Part shown: positions 21,331 to 32,708 of the stretch, piece by piece
How positions within the stretch are numbered: the stretch's first letter is position 1
Layout of the letters: the number at the start of each line of letters is the position of its first letter
From: Octopus bimaculoides
Taxonomy: Eukaryota
Assembly (NCBI RefSeq): GCF_001194135.2
Contig: NC_069001.1
Span: forward strand, 6,121,154 to 6,153,861
Direction: 5' to 3'
DNA: 32,708 bases
Program-made: the position numbers and the translations under genes
The notes under the pieces: model-generated
Database searches by the model: none
What the model was told of the DNA's origin: nothing
What the model saw: only the letters and a program-made list of their open reading frames with translations

Positions 21331-22699
21331 ATAAAGCCATATTTATGCCTTTGCTGTTGTTGTTGTTGTTTTTTTAAGGGCTATTTATGGGTTAGAGACA
21401 AGGCAGCATGTATGAACCTCGTAAGAGTCTCTGAGACTAGTGTAAGAAAGAACACTAGAACACTAAACTTATCCTCACACAAGAGACCTGGTTGTAATAC
21501 TTTTAACAGCATGGATTCCTACAAAATACACTCAAGGATCAGACAGTAGTGTTAAACTAGAAACTGTGCACTTGAATATTTAATAACAATGTGATATCCT
21601 TGCTGTTCAAAATGGTTTTAACTAAGAACCAAAATTATATTGCACACTCAGCTAGCTAATGTAGACTATAATTGATTTATTTTACTTGCTTTACTTTATG
21701 TGTCACATTTGCTATATATCTTATATACTGGGCAACTGCTAAGGTACTCTCACACTCAACACTTTAAAACATTGTTTTAATGTGTGTAAAAGTAGGCACC
21801 ATGTTATTAGACATGATGTTAGTGGTGGTAGTTGGGGGAAGCCTAGCAAGAACAATAAAACTGAACAGAAAGACTGGAGGTCCAGGGTAGTGGCTGTGGT
21901 GTTCAGTGAATAACAGTAAAAGAAATGAAGAAATGATAAAACTAAGAGAACAGAAAAATTGAAAAATAAATGTAAAAAAAAACCCAACGAAGTTCATATG
22001 TAAAAGCAAGGAGGAGAATGGAAGGGGATGGGGAACAAGATTCTAAATTCCTTCAAGAGGAAATAGCAAAAATAACTCTGGTATGCTTTGTTTCATTCTA
22101 GAAAAAAGAAATACAATACCCACTTCATACAAACAAACAAGTAAACTTAATTTCTCCATCCATTCAGCTTTTCTTTCTTCATGAACCAGAATCCACCCAA
22201 AAAGCTACTTACTCAAACACAATTGTAAAACAATTCCCAAATGTTGATCTTAGTGGGTGTGTGGATAAGCAAACATCTGTCTGTCTGTCTCTCTCTCTCT
22301 ATCTTTCTGTCTATCTTACACAGTGACACAAAATATTCTTAACATGGCTATCAACTAAAGGGAACCAAATTATCAATCATTTGTTCATACACCAGTGTAA
22401 AAGTTAAGTTTGAGATTAAATAGGCTTCCTTCTTGCATGTCTATAGAACAAAAGCATCTCTAATTTACAGCAGCATAAGCATTTTGAAAAGGGATACGCA
22501 TGTAAAAGTTTGTAGATGAAAGAAAGAGGAAATATCTGGAGTTTCTAATTCGTCAACACACAAGCATTCTCACACATTCAGTTAGGCATTGTGGGCCTAA
22601 TTCCCATGCTATAAATAGATCAAGACAGAGAGGTCACCAATCAACAGATGAAGCTGAAACATGAAACTAGACTAGTAACTCACTCTGTTTTAGTTTTGA

Positions 22700-22731
<32 letters not shown>

Positions 22732-23269
22732 AATGGAGACTAGTCTGAGAAACAGAAGTAGTGCCCATAGTGTTATTTTAGAGTTGTCCGTGATTTAAAA
22801 AAATAGGGAAAGCTGAATCAGTTAATACTGTCCAGAAATGCAGCAAAATGAGACCAGAAAAAAATGACGGACACAGAAAGTTCTAGAAAATGATGGTTTT
22901 GAGAACATCATCTTGGTAGACATAACATAAATATAAACGGTAAGAGGCGTTTTTGATGGACCTTGTCAAATAGGTTTAGACGAACAACCAGTCATATCCA
23001 TAACAAAAAAGACACTTTAGCAGATGGATGTGGCTGTACATATGAAGCTGGAATATTAACTGTTTTCTATTTCATGTTGTCATGTACCTACTATTTCATT
23101 TAGAAATGGAACAGAAAAGTTATCACATTCATAGCTATCTCAGTGACATTACTTTGTTTTATTGTTCTGATGTAGATATTTAAGCTAGTCACCTAATTTG
23201 GATATTAGAATGAATTGAGAAATCAGCATTATGCATTGAAAGCTCCAATACTGCACTATATTTCAGCAG

Positions 23270-23326
<57 letters not shown>

Positions 23327-23444
23327 GACAAATACAAGGCAATATTTTCCTATAACTAAACATGTTTTTCGTGGAAGACAGGAAACGAACAACATGATAC
23401 ATATAACATGTCATATTGTTCATTTACAAGTATTACACAATACT

Positions 23445-23570
23445 AAGTCAAGGAGACTTTTTGTCAACTAAATCCACTCACAACTTTAGTTGGCCCAGTG
23501 CTATAAGTAAAAGACACTTGCCCAAGGTACCACACTGTGGGTTGACCCTGCAACCACATGGCTGGGAAAT
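23445..23570 (-). mobile_element. SINE family 1, 5' half
   Basis: aaatccactcaca...gctata.gta.aagacacttgcccaaggt.ccac, similar to 26865-27020. The minus strand reads as a tRNA-like head plus the core accttgggcaagtgtct. Confidence 0.7.
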
Positions 23571-23963
23571 TAAATCTCCTTCAAATCACAACCTACCATC
23601 TAAGAAAAATGGTTGCAGTGGATAATGTGGTCCATTATATAATATAGAATTCTACCACACTTGAAAAAGGAAGGCAATGTCATAGCAGAAATGGCTTTTA
23701 TCATAGGTGTACTTGATCAGAGATGACTTTAGGGTAAACAACAACAACAACAGTAAAGTGTATTTCTCCATGGTCACTGCCAACAGCTAGGTGAACCAAG
23801 CCAGGGAAATTCTGTGAGGGATTTTATCAAGTGTTAGTGATAACATACAAGTAAGAACTAGTGAGACTTCATATTCCTGTAAGAATTTGAGTGCTGTGGT
23901 AATGCATATTCATCAATTCTTAATCCTAGAGTAAAAAGTAAAAAAGTTTGACATTTAACTTAC

Positions 23964-24143
23964 ATATGACTAATTTTTCAGAGTGTAATGTATTTATAGT
24001 TCTCAAATCTGTTGTTTTCATCATCAGTTGACTAAAAAACGTGGGATCATCAGAGTGGTTGTGCTTGACAAGGGTTTCGAGGGATTTCAGCAAAATATCT
24101 TGAATCTTTTTAATTTGTTCTTCATTTCTCAAGCCTGGACGGT
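23964..24143 (-). CDS. E75: E75/Rev-erb LBD exon B (180 nt, phase 1 to 1), includes the helix-11 His
   Basis: Acceptor tcatttgcag|AC and donor ATAT|gtaagt. G|AC joins exon A in frame to give DRPGLRNEEQIKKIQ...KTTDLRTINTLHSEKLVI. DRPGLRN and DLRTxNTLHSEKL are E75/Rev-erb signatures, and no AF-2 helix follows. Confidence 0.95.
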
Positions 24144-24590
24144 CTGCAAATGAAGAAATAATAGATATGAAATTACAACAAACATACAAACAAAAAAAGA
24201 GAGGGAAACTAGGACTGAAGTAAAGTGTGCTCAAAAACTAATTGTGAATCAATTAGTAAAACTATTTATTGCTGACATATTAGCCTCAACTTTGCTTCTA
24301 TGCATGTTTCATTTTGGGAAGACTTCTAACTGATAGCTTGATTATTGAAAAATAATGGTAAAATCTTCCTCATATTAAACTCCGCTGTCTTAAAGAAGGC
24401 ATCACTGGATAACATATTACAGTTACCCCTAAAGAAATGCGTGGTCATAGATTTAATGCTTTTAATTTTAAGATCATTTAATTAAGCTTGCCTTTTTACT
24501 GTGTTTTTTTGTGTAAATGTAGAATAAACTTCAATATAGGATAGTGGATAAAAGAGCTCAGTAAACCATAATATAGAGCTGAGTACATAC

Positions 24591-24717
24591 CATGTGAAAA
24601 AAGCACAACAGCAGAGAACAAGGCCAATTCATTTTCACTCAAGTTAAGCTTATTAAAATGGTTAGCAAAATCAAACATGGAATCCAAGAGAAAACCACGT
24701 GTACCACAGCCGTTCAT
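24591..24717 (-). CDS. E75: E75/Rev-erb (NR1D) nuclear receptor, LBD exon A (127 nt, phase 0 to 1)
   Basis: Polypyrimidine acceptor ttctttgttccag|ATG at 24718 and donor CATG|gtatgt at 24590. Encodes MNGCGTRGFLLDSMFDFANHFNKLNLSENELALFSAVVLFSH, typical of NR1 LBD helices 7-8. Confidence 0.95.
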
Positions 24718-24832
24718 CTGGAACAAAGAAAAAGACAAAACAAAATTGTAATGATATGATAAAATTTACAAATATGAAAAATGTTTTAGAAACATTGAAA
24801 CTGTTTTAAAATATCTTATTACATTCATTCAA

Positions 24833-25005
24833 TTGTGGTGGATTAACAGAATAATTAGAGTTATGGAAAAAATGCCATGTAGTATTCAATTCTGCCCCAC
24901 TTATGATCCGAGTTCAAATCCTGTTGAGGTCAATTCTGATTTTCATTCCTCTTGTGTCAATAAGATAAAATACCAATCAAGTACTGGGAATGCATTTGTA
25001 GTCCT
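24833..25005 (+). mobile_element. tRNA-derived SINE (family 2)
   Basis: B-box-like gagttcaaatcc followed by ...aataccaatcaagtactggg. Related to 29120-29280 and 30055-30190. Confidence 0.65.
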
Positions 25006-26159
25006 AAAATGTATCATAGATTTAAATAGAATTATAAGCATAATTGAAAAAAAAAAAAAACACAGCACAGCTGAAATTATTGCTCAGACAACTAACTATT
25101 AGCACTATAATCAAAACACAAGGAAGACTCAACAAAGTAGCTTGATTTGCTAGAAATAACAAAATCCTCCTCAAATCACACCCTACTATCACAAAAAGAA
25201 AAGAACACAGACATTATCATCATAGATGTACAAAATAGTTGCAGCTGAAATACTTGATCATACATCCGCTTGATCTGGATTGACCTAAAGCTAAACAATA
25301 AAAGAAAAACATCAGGAAGAAAGGGAGAGATATGGACTTAACTCAGCATAGATGGTAAATTTTGTTTTAGAATCTCAACCCAATTAACTTTGAGAGTCAC
25401 ATGGAGTTGAGTCAAGAGGCCTTTGCTATGCCTTACTACCTAAAGCTAAAAATTGTGTCATATCCTGCACTTGACTGTCAGTTGCCTTATTCATAACACT
25501 ATAAATAAATACAATACATGGATACGATTTATTGTTGCAAGCAGTAGGACACTATACTATTAATAGTGTTGTGACTGAAGGCATTCTAGCCATAATCACA
25601 CCATCTCTTTTATATTTATGAGGCTACATTATCAAATGCAATTTTTTCATTTTCTTTTAAAGACAGCTGTGGGTAAGGCAAAGGAATTTGGCTGTTATTT
25701 ACAGCAGGTCGAATGACCACATGAGCTCTACCTATTTGCAAGAGTTATATCAGTTTGTAAGACTGGGCTCAAATTCTCCCCTTCAATCCCACTTGGCAAG
25801 AGCCCTACTTTTCCTACCAAGTTACTGCCCTTTATTTAAATGTATTGTGTTGGCCCAAATGTCTGTTCAGTTTTTATCAACACTAAACTTCAAGCATTCT
25901 AATAAATAGCTAACTTCAGTCTGTCCCTTGTACAAGTGCTCTCATTACATACTTAATACTACTACGTAGTTCAACACAAACTTGCGACAGGGCAAGCTGT
26001 ATTTTATGTGCTAGGGATTGCCTTGAAGATGAAAAGCAAAAAATGGTCATTATCAACACAGCATGCTTTTTTATTTTAAAAAAGGCAAGAGAGCAGCAGA
26101 AACCTGCAGGAAGATAGTCACTGTGATGGACCATATGAAGCAAAAATGATGAAGGGGGA

Positions 26160-26612
26160 AATGTAGTGAATCACAACAAACAACTTCCAAAGCAGAAATT
26201 CAGCTGAAGGTTATGCTTTCAATTTGGTGATATCGAAAGGATGTCTTTTACAAGCTTCTTCCCACAGATAGGGCCATCAATTCAGATGTGTACTGTAACC
26301 AGCTGGACAAATCAACTGCAGTGATCCATCAGAAACATCCAACACCTGCTAATTGTAAAGGCATTGTCTTTCAAGACAACAATGAAAGACCACACACTTC
26401 TTTGTAGATGCGACAGAAGCTACTGGGGCTTGACTGGAAAGTTGTGTCACACCTTCCATATTTGCCTAACCTTGTGCCTTGAGATTTCCATCAATTTTCC
26501 TGGAAAAAATTTTTCGACAGTAAAGGCAAAAAATTCTTTGAGCAGGGAAGTCTGCTCACATGATGGCAGGAGATAGTGGAACAAAATGGCAATTATATCA
26601 TTGAGTGAATAA
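26160..26612 (+). mobile_element. Mariner (Tc1/mariner) transposase relic
   Basis: Translates with stops as KVMLSIW...INSDVYCNQLDK...GIVFQDNNERPHTSL*MRQKLLGLDWKVVSHLPYLPNLVP*DFH...IVEQNGNYII. These match decayed mariner HDNARPH and HPPYSPDLAPSDF motifs. No TIRs seen. Confidence 0.88.
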
Positions 26613-26864
26613 TTAATTTTGTGTTTTATTTTAATATCCACTTTTCCATGCTTGCATGGGTCAAACGAAATTTATTAAGGTAGATTTAAAAAAAAATAGA
26701 TGCCCTTCCTATTGCCAACCCTCTTGTTTCCTTCCAAGCCAGGTTAATATTCCCGTGGCCTGATATTTTTTCACTGAAGTTTGTCATTTGTTTCCAATTT
26801 TCTGTGATGCTCATTTACAACTATTATGTAATGTCAACTGAAGGAGTCATAAACGCACCCATAC

Positions 26865-27022
26865 ACACACATGGTTTCTTTCACTTTCTCTCAACCAAAT
26901 CCACTCATAAAGCTTTGGTAAACCCAGGGCTATAGTAGAAGACATTTGCCATGCAGAAGGACTGAACCCAAAACCGCATGGTTGTGAAGCAATCTTCTTA
27001 ATCATAGCCATAACTGCACCTA
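26865..27022 (-). mobile_element. SINE family 1, 5' half
   Basis: The minus strand begins aggtgcag.tatggct...aagaagattgcttc.caaccatgcgg.tttgggttcagtcc (A/B-box-like). Similar to 23445-23570. Confidence 0.75.
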
Positions 27023-27181
27023 TATGTGTGTGCGTTGAAATCTATATGTTCAATTGTTTCTTCAGTAATATGTGTAGATATGGACGAATTTATGAAGAAA
27101 CTAGGAATATATGTGTTATTGAGATAATAGATTCAGGGGCTAAAATATGTTCGGTGTGCATATATATATAGAGAGAGAGGG

Positions 27182-27236
<55 letters not shown>

Positions 27237-28312
27237 TTGTCATTTTAGAGGCAGTTTTATACGATGCTGGATATAGTATGATAGATTTATAGGTAATTAT
27301 GCAATAATAATTCAGTAGAGATGGTTAATTTGAAGTCACTAATACTGAGGTAGACAAGTGGAATGAATATGTAGATTAATAGGAGGGAGTTTAGGGTGTA
27401 TTTTTCGAAAAATGCTAACACTACAATAATTAGAGGAAAAGAGGGAGTAATAGTAAAAGGAGAAACGGGCATACAGGAAATGTATGATTGTGAATATGTA
27501 AGAGGAAAAGGGAGAATGTGTATGAATGTAAACGAGAGGGAAGTATGAGCTGAGATTAAATGAGAGGGAGACGTGGAGAGAGAGAAAAGGGAGAGCTTGA
27601 ACTAAAAACCGAGGGAGTTAAGAAGAAATAGGAAAGAGAGAAGGGAATGTGTTGGAATAGAAGAGGGTGCGGTGACGCACAAGTGTATTGGAACAGGCAG
27701 GGGTCATAAATATATAGGTATTCTGTATGCATACATAACACAATACGGGATTGGCTAGTGAAAAATATAGGGAAATGGTACTTAGGAATTGGGGTGGGAG
27801 GATAGATAGGGAGACACGACAGAGTGATTTAAGAGATGTAGGGCAACAACTGAAAGAGATTCGGAAATATGAGGAAAGTAAGAGAAATGAGCCAAAAAGG
27901 GAGCGAGACAAGTAAAAGAGGAAAGAAGGACGTGAGGAGCGGGTAAAGGTAAAAAATAGAGAAAATAAAGGGAAAGAGAAAGGAAATTGTGAAGAGAAAA
28001 GAGAGGGGGTTGAACGAAAAAGGAGGAAGCAGCAACAACAGGGGAGTAGTTGCTACTGCTGTTAGTAGTAGTAGTAGTAGTAGTAGTAGTAGACAAACAT
28101 GCATAATAGCTTACAGGGAGCCCATGTAAGAAGCAGAGTACCACAACAGCATATCAGCAGTGGCAGCCAAAGCAGCACCGACTGCTGCTGCTGCCTGAGA
28201 CGGCACAGCCGATGATTGCACCGGTAACTGGCGTGTGTGCATGTATGTATGTGTGTGTGCGTGAGCTGAAGCTGCTGCTGCTGCAGCCGTTGACGGCAGT
28301 GGCACAATAAGA

Positions 28313-28323
28313 AAACTGGGTCA
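28313..28323 (+). promoter_or_regulatory. Candidate RORE/RevRE monomer site AAACTGGGTCA
   Basis: Perfect WAWNTRGGTCA match in the CpG-rich domain. About one such match is expected by chance in a window this size. Confidence 0.25.
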
Positions 28324-29119
28324 GCTAAGGTTATATAGTTGCGAAAGAGGTTTATCATTGGCGGAGAAGTGTGTCTATCGATGTGCACTTGAGTCAGCAG
28401 CAGCAGTAAACAGCGACGCCAACACCGGCCTATCATCACCACTGCCATGATCGGCAGCAACAGCATTATTATCGCCATCATAATCAACAGCATCATCGCT
28501 GTAATCGTCAGGTCATTGACAACATGGATCGAACCAGCCAGTAGCAAAATGTCCTTTCGAAAGAGAGGGAAAATGTGAGGGTAGAAGAAAGAAGAAATAA
28601 AAGAGGAATGTGGCATGAAAGAGAGGAAAATAGTAGATGGGAAATAGAGGCATTGGGGGGGGGGGAAGAGACAGTGGATTGTTTTCTTCAAAAGATTTAT
28701 TGATCTCCGTTGTTTATCCAACTTGAGATACGTTTACTCACTCTTTCACTCTCTGTTGTTCCCTATATATCGACACGCGTACTTCATTAGTCTCGTTCTC
28801 TCTCCCTCCTTATTGCTCGAATTTCTTTCTACACTCGTCAGCTTGTTTGTCTTTGTGTCGGTGTCCAGTTTTTACCGTCTCCCAGTGTCAGTCTGTCCGA
28901 CTGAAAATATGTACTAAGTGGAGGACAGATATCTGCTCCCGCTCTCTCACATAATCTTTTAAATTTCTTGGCTCACGACATCAAGTATGCTAATACCAAC
29001 TTTATTATTAATATTTTTTTACACAGCAGGCATTCTTGAGTATTCTGTCCCAGTTAATCTTATCACTGCCTATCTACCATCGTCCTTGTTATATATTTTG
29101 CCCCGTCCGTCTATTTTTG

Positions 29120-29280
29120 TTACAGCAGAATCGTTAGTGTCACAGAGCGAGAGAGAAAAATGCCTTTTAGTGTTTATTTACAGACGTGTATGTTCACAGT
29201 TCAAATCCTTTTGAGCTCAGCTTCGCGATTCATTCTTCCGAAGTTGATAAAGAACCGGTCAAGTACTAGGGGCGATATTT
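29120..29280 (+). mobile_element. tRNA-derived SINE (family 2), diverged
   Basis: gcagaatcgttag...cagttcaaatcc...gttgataaagaaccggtcaagtactagggg. Confidence 0.6.
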
Positions 29281-30054
29281 ATTCCTGTAAAGCATTCTTG
29301 ATATGAATGGGAGTCTGTCTACTGTATATTTCGTGTTATACTCGAAGTATTTCAATCCCTTCGTGTACGGCTGTTGGGGTTTTCTATTATTTTCTTTGTT
29401 TTTATATCTACCTGCTTATCCACTGCCCACCCCCTTTTGCCAGTCAGCCTGTTTGCTTATCCTTCTGTAGCTCATTTCTTTCTTACTCCCTTTTCTTCTA
29501 TGCCAAGCATTACGTAGACAAGGGAAGGGGGACGTTCGCATATGCAAGTATGTATCTGAGTTTAACGTACACGCTTATTTAATCAAGTCTGTATATCTGT
29601 TCGTACGGTTGCGTACACATGCCCGTATATAATAGATACGTGTGAAGGTGGGCAAGACACACGAATGTGTGCTTAAGGCTAATAGTGCACTTGTTTGAGC
29701 AAGGAAACTGAAAGTCTGCTACCATCCCACATCCTCGTGTTTTCTATACATTAGAAAATTAAACAAGGGAAGGTTGAGGAGTAGGAAAGGGCAAGAGAAA
29801 AAAAGGATACACAGCAATCTACACACAAACAGATACAGCTAAATAAAATATAGATAGGTTAGTTATATCGTTACAGTTTTTATATAGATATACAAAAAAC
29901 AAAATGTAACTGATATTAGATACACTGATGTGTGTGTGTGCGCGCGCGCTCGCGTCCTAAGGCAAGGGCGTGCGCATTGAGTGCAGGCTTTTCTACTACT
30001 TGAGTTACATTCACGTCGGGTATGCCTTATATATGTATATATATATATCGTTAA

Positions 30055-30190
30055 CGCTTGACTGGTATTTCATTGTATCAGTCCCGGAAATGCGAAAAGC
30101 GAGGCTGACTTGCGCGAGATTTGAACCCAGAAAGTAAAGGGCTGTAACTAAAATACCAACAAGCAATCTGTCCGACTTCAGCTTTCGCAC
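30055..30190 (-). mobile_element. tRNA-derived SINE (family 2), diverged
   Basis: Minus strand ttggtatttt...ctgggttcaaatctc...aaataccagtcaag. Confidence 0.6.
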
Positions 30191-31919
30191 ATTTACATTA
30201 TAACTTTGTATGTTTGAATATACACACACACACACACACACTCAAGCACGCGCGGCAATTTTAAGAAATGTGTGCGCGTGCGTGTGTATGTCTGCGCGCG
30301 CGCGCCCCATTTAACGGTTGCCCCTGTTGCTTCTCAGCATTTTTAATATATACTCCCATTGCTGTAGCTATGTGTCAGTCAGTCAGTAGGACAGACACTC
30401 ACTGTGTAAAGTGTACTTGCAGAGGGAATATGACTGATCAATGCCTCTCTTTCTGTCTCTTTCTCTTTCCACCAGGAATGAGGTAAAGAGAAGGAAGGTA
30501 AGGTTGTGGTGACGACCGACCAATAGAAGTGGGAGAAGAAGAATGACTATGTGTGTGTGTATGTATGTATGTATGTGTATATATATGTCTATGTATACAT
30601 ACACACACACACACACATACATTATACAGCATGCAGAGAGAAGAGAGAGAGAAAAGAAATGATATAGATGTAAGAAATTTCAAGTGACGATGGCGGCGGC
30701 GGCAGCAGCGAGGAATGCCGGGGCGTTTATAGAGAGAGACTACGGAAGTGTGTGTGTGTGTGTGTGTGTCGACAAAGAAGCAACCAGACAGACAGACAGA
30801 CACTACGATTTCTTTTTCAGGAAATTAGAAAACAGCTTAAAGTTTGCCCTTCGGTTGAAATCTAAACAACTCCAGTTTGCGATTCCTAATCGCAGTTATT
30901 TCATTTATACTATATAATGTCTTCCGAAATTAAATCAGACGCCTCACTTTCATTTTCTCTTTTAACATTTAAAAAATAAACAAATAAAAAATGAGCGTCA
31001 TCGTTCTGCAAGGTTAACTCTGTGGCGAATCGAATCCGTGACCTGATTCCGAACTTCAGTTGTAGCAACAAAACTTGCATCACTTCCTGTGCTGTCTATC
31101 AAGACAAACAACTACAATGGCTTTTTTTTCTATTTTGCTGAAGAGCAAAGGGAGTTGAAATATTAGACATTCTACTCAGCAAGGCAACTGAACTAACTTA
31201 TTCGACGTTCTGCAAAGTCTTTTACGTAAAAAGAGCTTGCAGGATTGCCCACTTTTCCCCTTTTTTTTTTTTTTTCGAAACAAAATATAAATTATTTAAA
31301 AAAAAAAAGAAATCCTCTCTGCTATGTGAAGAGGTATGAGAAAAAAAATGTCATTTTTCTGTAACTTTCACACCGAATTTAAAGCGAGGTTGAATTTTTC
31401 TTTCTTAATATTAATGATAGCATTAAAGCATTTATTTATATACCGCAGACATACTTTCAAGGGATTACTCGAAACGGGTCTAAATATTCTACGTAAATTA
31501 TACTTGTTTGTGTATGCCTCTCTCTCTTTCTCTTATAAAAACAACAAAAGTCAAAAGGACGTACACAGTAAATATATCAGGTTGGCGCAGTTAAAGAAAG
31601 AAAAAAAAGAGGGTATGTGTGACGTTTCGAGCATGGCTCTTCGTCGGAAAGAGGAAAGGTCCAGAGAGAAGGAAAAGAATAGTCAGAGAAAACACACATA
31701 TACGCATACACACATGGAAGAGATTATATAGTTTCACATAGTAAGGGAAAATAGAAAGGGCTATAAGATGATGTTGAAAACAAGTGAGTAACCAAATCTT
31801 TCAGAGAAACGGATGCATGTACCCGAAGCAAAAAAAAAAAAAACCTACTTGAACGAATAGGAAAGCGGGCCGAAAGGGAATTGGTGAATGTGTCACTGTG
31901 TAAATAAATAACTGAATAA

Positions 31920-32695
31920 ACCATGTCACCCAGCAGTAGACATCAAAGTATCATCCAGTGGGGCCATGCCAATCTTGTTCCAGCAGGAAAAAGACTACTT
32001 ATATCAAGAAAACACCATTGCACCAACTCCTCCCCCTTAAAAATAAGTAGCACTCAACTAGAAACCTCACAGTCGCACAAAACGTAGGACTTCAATATCA
32101 CCGAGGACTCGCCTGGCGAAAGTACATGGTGCATCCAAAGAGACACCCTCCTCTTCAGATTCAGAAAATATTTCAGTCTCATCAATTACTGACACTTTAC
32201 AAAGCTTACACGAGGCCTACAACAGAGTACTAACCCCTACATCAGGGACAATGCTGCTGCATTGTCTACATTCTAGACACCAAGCGAAGGCCAGTCGGCC
32301 GACAGGTATACAAATACAAACAGTCTCTGGCCCATAAGAAGTGCTGTCTGCATTTCCACCACCATGCTAATAGTTTCTGTTCCAGGAAGATGGCTGTCTC
32401 CTGACCGCCCCGCTTGGGCAATCCTGAGTCACTCGTCTCACCCCTCTCATCAACCATGTTGCGTTCAACACCCAAGCCCAGGCTCTGCAGTACAGTATCC
32501 ACTATACTTTGTCCTTCTTACTAAGGACATTGTCCCACTGAAATCTTTTTCCTTGCTCATATCTTTCATGCAAATTTTAATTTGGAACAGTTTAAGTGGA
32601 AGACAAAAAGGCGTTAACCTCGCCGATCGCACAAGGACTGCGAAGGCCATCGTCACTGACTGCTCCTTCCTCCAGACCCAGCAAGTAATACACAC
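31920..32695 (+). mobile_element. Degenerate 3' fragment of a different non-LTR retrotransposon (Jockey/L2/CR1-group RT C-terminus)
   Basis: Broken frames resemble RT C-termini (LLTLYKAYTRPTTEY; FNLEQFKWKTK) and the element ends in a (CA)n tail. The clade assignment is tentative. Confidence 0.7.
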
Positions 32696-32708
32696 ACACA
32701 CAGACATA

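Noticed and set aside
23926-23963. Exon B read-through (ICKLNVKLFYFLL*) as an intronic-polyadenylated short isoform
   Set aside because: The donor gtaagt is a perfect consensus. The nearest minus-strand AATAAA I saw is about 770 nt away in AT-rich DNA, so it has no specific support.
25953-26021. 69-nt exon-like segment (ttcaag|...AA|gtatgt; QSLAHKIQLALSQVCVELRSSI)
   Set aside because: It is open only as phase 2-2, which cannot join phase-0 exon A. It has no nuclear-receptor similarity and an AAG acceptor. Revisit only if RNA-seq shows use.
28062-28721. 219-aa hydrophobic ORF as a membrane protein
   Set aside because: Built from GAT/CTG/TAC triplet repeats and microsatellites, with no recognisable domain; likely a by-product of low complexity.
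24718-32708. Upstream E75 exons (DBD, hinge, first LBD helices)
   Set aside because: I scanned the minus strand for zinc-finger and FAKxIPGF-type motifs and found none; they are presumed to lie outside the window.

Overview
AT-rich, microsatellite-dense eukaryotic DNA with four assembly gaps. The repeat content looks like a coleoid cephalopod such as Octopus, which is an inference. The window holds the 3' part of an E75/Rev-erb (NR1D) nuclear receptor gene on the minus strand. I reconstructed six phase-compatible coding exons by hand: A 24717-24591, B 24143-23964, C 9727-9634, D 8938-8035, E 7672-5832 and F 5505-5376. Together they total 3276 nt, or 1091 aa plus stop. They encode the C-terminal half of the ligand-binding domain (LBD, ending LHSEKL, no AF-2 helix) and a ~990-aa low-complexity C-terminal extension. 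Exons C and F are missing from the ORF track, and the D-E intron appears to use a GC donor. The DNA-binding domain and first LBD exons were not found and presumably lie beyond 32708. The introns carry two inverted CR1-like LINE copies, another LINE 3' relic, a mariner relic, piggyBac- and hAT-type MITEs, many tRNA-derived SINEs, and mini- and microsatellites. The best leads are splice switches that would remove all or part of the C-terminal tail, repeated kinase and corepressor motifs in that tail, a ~1.4-kb intronic inverted repeat, a cluster of nuclear-receptor elements, and a CpG-rich intronic domain that may be an internal promoter. All functional claims are hypotheses. No prokaryote-type system such as CRISPR is present.
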